Part shown: positions 29,966 to 32,000 of the stretch, piece by piece
How positions within the stretch are numbered: the stretch's first letter is position 1
How the letters are laid out: each line of letters begins with the position of its first letter
IMG/VR virus record: IMGVR_UViG_3300018080_000110
Coordinates: 1 to 32,000 of that record
Reading direction: 5' to 3' (one strand)
Source: a virus
Length of the DNA: 32,000 nucleotides
The notes under the pieces: model-generated
Databases searched by the model: none
Told to the model about the DNA's origin: nothing
What the model saw: the letters and a program-made list of their open reading frames with translations, nothing else
Program-made: the position numbers and the translations under genes

Positions 29966-30304
29966 TTAGATTCCGAAAGGAGGCCCCTTCGGGATAAATG
30001 AGGGGGTGGTGGGACGCCTGGACGGCATCGTTGCCACCGACCTGATACTGGGGGTGGCCCTGGAGGGTCTGAACCTTGTGGGTTTAGGCGGTTTCAGAGT
30101 CTCTACGCTCAATCGCACACCGCCGGATGGAGGCTTCGTCGCAGCAAAAGCTGGAGGCTTAACAGCTGGTGTAGGAGCCAACTTGGCCGCTGGTGCCGGT
30201 TTGGCAGCTGAGGTCTTCGGTGCTGAAGGAGCTTTTGGAACGTTGCCGACAATTGCGATCTTTTCGAGCTCGTCGAAGAACGCTGAGAGAGTATGAGTTT
30301 CCAT
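29966..30304 (-). CDS. hypothetical Pro/Ala/Lys-rich protein (112 aa)
   Basis: ORF track. Plausible N-terminus METHTLSAFFDELEKIA, but no SD. Confidence 0.45.
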   Translation of the reverse strand: METHTLSAFFDELEKIAIVGNVPKAPSAPKTSAAKPAPAAKLAPTPAVKPPAFAATKPPSGGVRLSVETLKPPKPTRFRPSRATPSIRSVATMPSRRPTTPSFIPKGPPFGI

Positions 30305-30322
30305 GAGGTGAGTCTACATCGA

Positions 30323-30646
30323 TCAGTGCCTAGATGGACAGTCAATTTCCGATTCCTCGTCGTTTCCACATATCAGCTCACCGTGAATCGGTCCGCGCAA
30401 CGTAGACCCAGAAAAACTGCAGGAGAGTGTGAGATCGTCCAGCCGCAGCAGCCTACATGATTCCATGACGGACCGCAGAACCTTAACATCGTCAAACATC
30501 ACGTGGATCTGATCTTCGTCAGCCACGTAATCTACGATGAGCTCTGTGGCTCGGTGCTTGTGGAACTCTAGCTCTTCGATCAGTGCACTGCGTTCCTCGG
30601 GGTACCTGGGAGCCGCGATGTGCAGCTCCCAGGTTGTCGTGATCAT
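30323..30646 (-). CDS. hypothetical protein (107 aa)
   Basis: ORF track. The ATG directly follows the histone-gene TAG. Confidence 0.55.
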   Translation of the reverse strand: MITTTWELHIAAPRYPEERSALIEELEFHKHRATELIVDYVADEDQIHVMFDDVKVLRSVMESCRLLRLDDLTLSCSFSGSTLRGPIHGELICGNDEESEIDCPSRH

Positions 30647-30844
30647 CTACAGGTCCCCGGGCCGAACCGTCCCGCGACCGTTGCTTTCACAACGCTCGAC
30701 AGCGTCGGCGAGCAGACGCGCCACCTTAGCGTTGAGCTCCCCCACCAGTTCTCCTGCCACGCGCTTGTCGTAGTTGCCCGAAATGAACTCCTTGACCTTG
30801 CTGGTGACGATCATCATTGGAACATCGACCTTCTTCTTTGCCAC
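30647..30844 (-). CDS. bacterial-type histone-fold protein (DUF1931 / HBb-like)
   Basis: The 65-aa sequence is MAKKKVDVPMMIVTSKVKEFISGNYDKRVAGELVGELNAKVARLLADAVERCESNGRGTVRPGDL. The xVVTSKVKxxI start and the xxxNGRxTVxxxDx end match my memory of Bdellovibrio Bd0055 / Aquifex Aq_328-type singlet histones. GTG start after GGGAGG. Confidence 0.65.
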   Translation of the reverse strand: MAKKKVDVPMMIVTSKVKEFISGNYDKRVAGELVGELNAKVARLLADAVERCESNGRGTVRPGDL

Positions 30845-30868
30845 GGTTACCTCCCGTTCGTTGGTTGA

Positions 30869-30887
30869 CCCCCAGGTAACCTGGGGG
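30869..30887 (-). promoter_or_regulatory. 5'-UTR palindrome
   Basis: CCCCCAGGT-a-ACCTGGGGG lies between the promoter motif and the SD of the histone-fold gene. Confidence 0.4.
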
Positions 30888-30899
30888 TGTATCAGAAGC

Positions 30900-30909
30900 C
30901 TTATACCGC
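30900..30909 (-). promoter_or_regulatory. CGGTATAAG promoter-like motif (minus)
   Basis: The minus strand reads TTGAAC-N18-TATAAG (GCGGTATAAGG), 56 nt upstream of the GTG at 30844. Confidence 0.45.
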
Positions 30910-30936
30910 AAGATCGACAATTTGTTCAACGATCGA

Positions 30937-30944
30937 GGTATAAG
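30937..30944 (+). promoter_or_regulatory. GGTATAAG promoter-like motif (plus)
   Basis: GAGGTATAAGG lies 22 nt upstream of the ATG at 30966, back-to-back with the minus-strand motif. Confidence 0.45.
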
Positions 30945-30965
30945 GATTCTGGAAAGGAGACACTT

Positions 30966-31247
30966 ATGTCAACTACGCACACACTCGAAGGAGCGACGGT
31001 GTTGGTAGAAGAAGGGTGCGAAACCACCCTGACGTTCCTCGTCGGGGGACGAAATGTGTTGAGGTTGGAGAGAAATGGACCGAACCACTACTTTTCCGAC
31101 CTATCAGACAAGTCTAACAAGTCATTCTGTACGGATGACCCCTCAATTGTGATCAGTCACATATGCAATGTGCTGAGGCTCGAGGGGAGGAAATTCCGTA
31201 AGGATGTAGTGAGTTTACTTTACGGGCCCGATACATGGGATCAATGA
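30966..31247 (+). CDS. hypothetical protein (93 aa)
   Basis: Internal ATG (MSTTHTLEG) of the 30774..31247 ORF after GGAAAGGAGA. The upstream part overlaps the minus-strand histone gene. Confidence 0.6.
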   Translation: MSTTHTLEGATVLVEEGCETTLTFLVGGRNVLRLERNGPNHYFSDLSDKSNKSFCTDDPSIVISHICNVLRLEGRKFRKDVVSLLYGPDTWDQ

Positions 31248-31306
31248 TCAAGACCCATGAATTGGGCCCCTGGACCCCCGCATTTGGACCAGGCACCAGA
31301 TGTCTG

Positions 31307-31420
31307 GGGGTCCTCTTTTAAAAAAACAAAAGTTTTTTTATTTTTTCTTCCCATAGTCTATTGCTACTACTATGCAGAAAAAACAAAAAAACTTTTTTGT
31401 TTTTTTTAAAAGAGGACCCC
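31307..31420. repeat. ~114-bp AT-rich imperfect palindrome
   Basis: The left arm is GGGGTCCTCTTTT-A7-C-A4-G-T7-a-T6-C (31307-31347). The right arm is its reverse complement (31377-31420), differing by two homopolymer lengths (A8 vs A7, A6 vs A4) and one a/g mismatch at 31340/31377. The centre is 29 nt. Confidence 0.85.
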
Positions 31421-31433
31421 ACATGTACCCCCC

Positions 31434-31471
31434 CACCAGAAGTACTGAACAAACAATCAGTACTTCTGGTG
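31434..31471. other. perfect 15-bp stem / 8-nt loop hairpin
   Basis: CACCAGAAGTACTGA-acaaacaa-TCAGTACTTCTGGTG. No flanking T-run on either strand. Confidence 0.85.
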
Positions 31472-31670
31472 TATAGATCGGCGCAAATCACAACACCACC
31501 CCAGATCGTTTTCGCTGACTCCGGCACAGTTGATCATTCAACGAGATGCCCGAGAAACTCGTCACCGCGCAACTAGGCACATTCCCTCCTCAGAAGACTC
31601 TGCCTTCTTGAGCCGTTACAGCTTCCTCTTCTCACTCACTCCAGCGTTATGAGAAACTGGGTAGCTACGT

Positions 31671-31680
31671 CGGTATAAAG
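31671..31680 (+). promoter_or_regulatory. CGGTATAAA promoter-like motif
   Basis: GTCGGTATAAAG lies 37 nt upstream of the ATG at 31717. Confidence 0.4.
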
Positions 31681-31716
31681 AACCCCGACACAACCAATTT
31701 ACCAGGAGGGCAACCC

Positions 31717-32000
31717 ATGGCGGCTGATCGCGCACCTGCATCAAGGTGCAATCCGAAGATTGGCTCGATTGAGCACGTCGGAGATGACGGATTCATCGTA
31801 GAGTCGGCAGACACTGCAGACCCACAGTTCATCGGAGGCAAGAGGCTGTTCCAGGACTTCGATTCTCTGCTGAAGTTCCTGGCTGAGTACCTGGATGTAT
31901 TTCAGAGCCCCGGCAATTCCTTCGGCATCAAGAAACCAAAGATCGAAAACAGTGACAAAGCGGAGGAGAAGTCATCCGGAGGAAACGGTGTGGCAGTCTC
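31717..32000 (+). CDS. hypothetical protein (5' part; continues past window end)
   Basis: ATG after ACCAGGAGGG. My translation MAADRAPASRCNPKIGSIEHVGDDGFIVESADTADPQFIGGKRLFQDFDSLLKFLAEYLDVFQSPGNSFGIKKPKIENSDKAEEK... stays open to nt 32000. It is not in the ORF track because no stop is present. Confidence 0.6.
   Translation, partial: MAADRAPASRCNPKIGSIEHVGDDGFIVESADTADPQFIGGKRLFQDFDSLLKFLAEYLDVFQSPGNSFGIKKPKIENSDKAEEKSSGGNGVAV

Noticed and set aside
30006-30296. A plus-strand 96-aa G/A/L-rich ORF opposite gene 29966-30304.
   Set aside because: It is the antisense shadow of the Pro/Ala/Lys-rich minus-strand ORF. The minus-strand frame has a more protein-like N-terminus and fits the operon direction, although neither frame has a good SD.
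31318-31576. ORFs 31318-31527 (-) and 31361-31576 (+) in the AT-rich region.
   Set aside because: Both translate homopolymer A/T runs of the palindrome (KKLLFF, KNKKTFLFF). They are mutually antisense and lack an SD, so I treat the region as non-coding.

Overview
This window is a dense, phage-like genome segment, probably from a large tailed phage or jumbo-type phage. All protein calls below rest on motif recognition by eye, because no homology search was possible.

Layout:
- About 75 mostly small CDSs are present. Nearly all lie on the minus strand from nt 1 to 30844 and are chained by ATGA/GTGA/TGATG stop-start overlaps.
- Transcription polarity flips at a divergent promoter region (30845-30965), and the right end is plus-strand.
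- Two short plus-strand cassettes (26019-26399 and 27921-28687) sit inside the minus block. Each has its own promoter-like motif and intrinsic terminator.

Functions I can support:
- GroES-like co-chaperonin
- stand-alone type IIB topoisomerase A-subunit-like 'Mini-A' protein (5Y-CAP + Toprim)
- PTH2-type peptidyl-tRNA hydrolase
- papain/C39-like Cys peptidase
- HAD phosphatase
- J-domain protein
- RNase HII
- ThyX-fold protein lacking the RHR motif
- MazG-like pyrophosphohydrolase
- SLT lytic transglycosylase
- thymidylate kinase
- several wHTH and zinc-ribbon proteins
- a wHTH protein with a histone-H1-like AKK-repeat tail
- a DUF1931/HBb-type bacterial histone-fold protein

RNA genes: a minus-strand cluster (8404-9743) holds six tRNAs plus two tightly packed tRNA-like RNAs. 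Several are non-canonical:
- Three class-I tRNAs carry Leu anticodons, and one of them has G3:U70.
- One tRNA has a 9-nt anticodon loop.
- One tRNA body has a 24-nt anticodon arm.
- One 152-nt RNA has tRNA-like ends.

Non-coding highlights:
- A CGGTATAAG promoter-like motif recurs nine times, plus one partial match; two sites lack the leading C.
- Three sigma70-like promoters abut apparently leaderless ATGs, and one carries a 21-bp palindromic operator.
- The only long non-coding region (31248-31716) holds a ~114-bp AT-rich imperfect palindrome and a perfect 15-bp hairpin.
- A 34 x 12-bp in-frame tandem repeat lies at 14268-14675.
- GATC is over-represented roughly 3-4 fold.

I could not recognise any CRISPR array, rRNA, integrase/transposase or virion structural gene.
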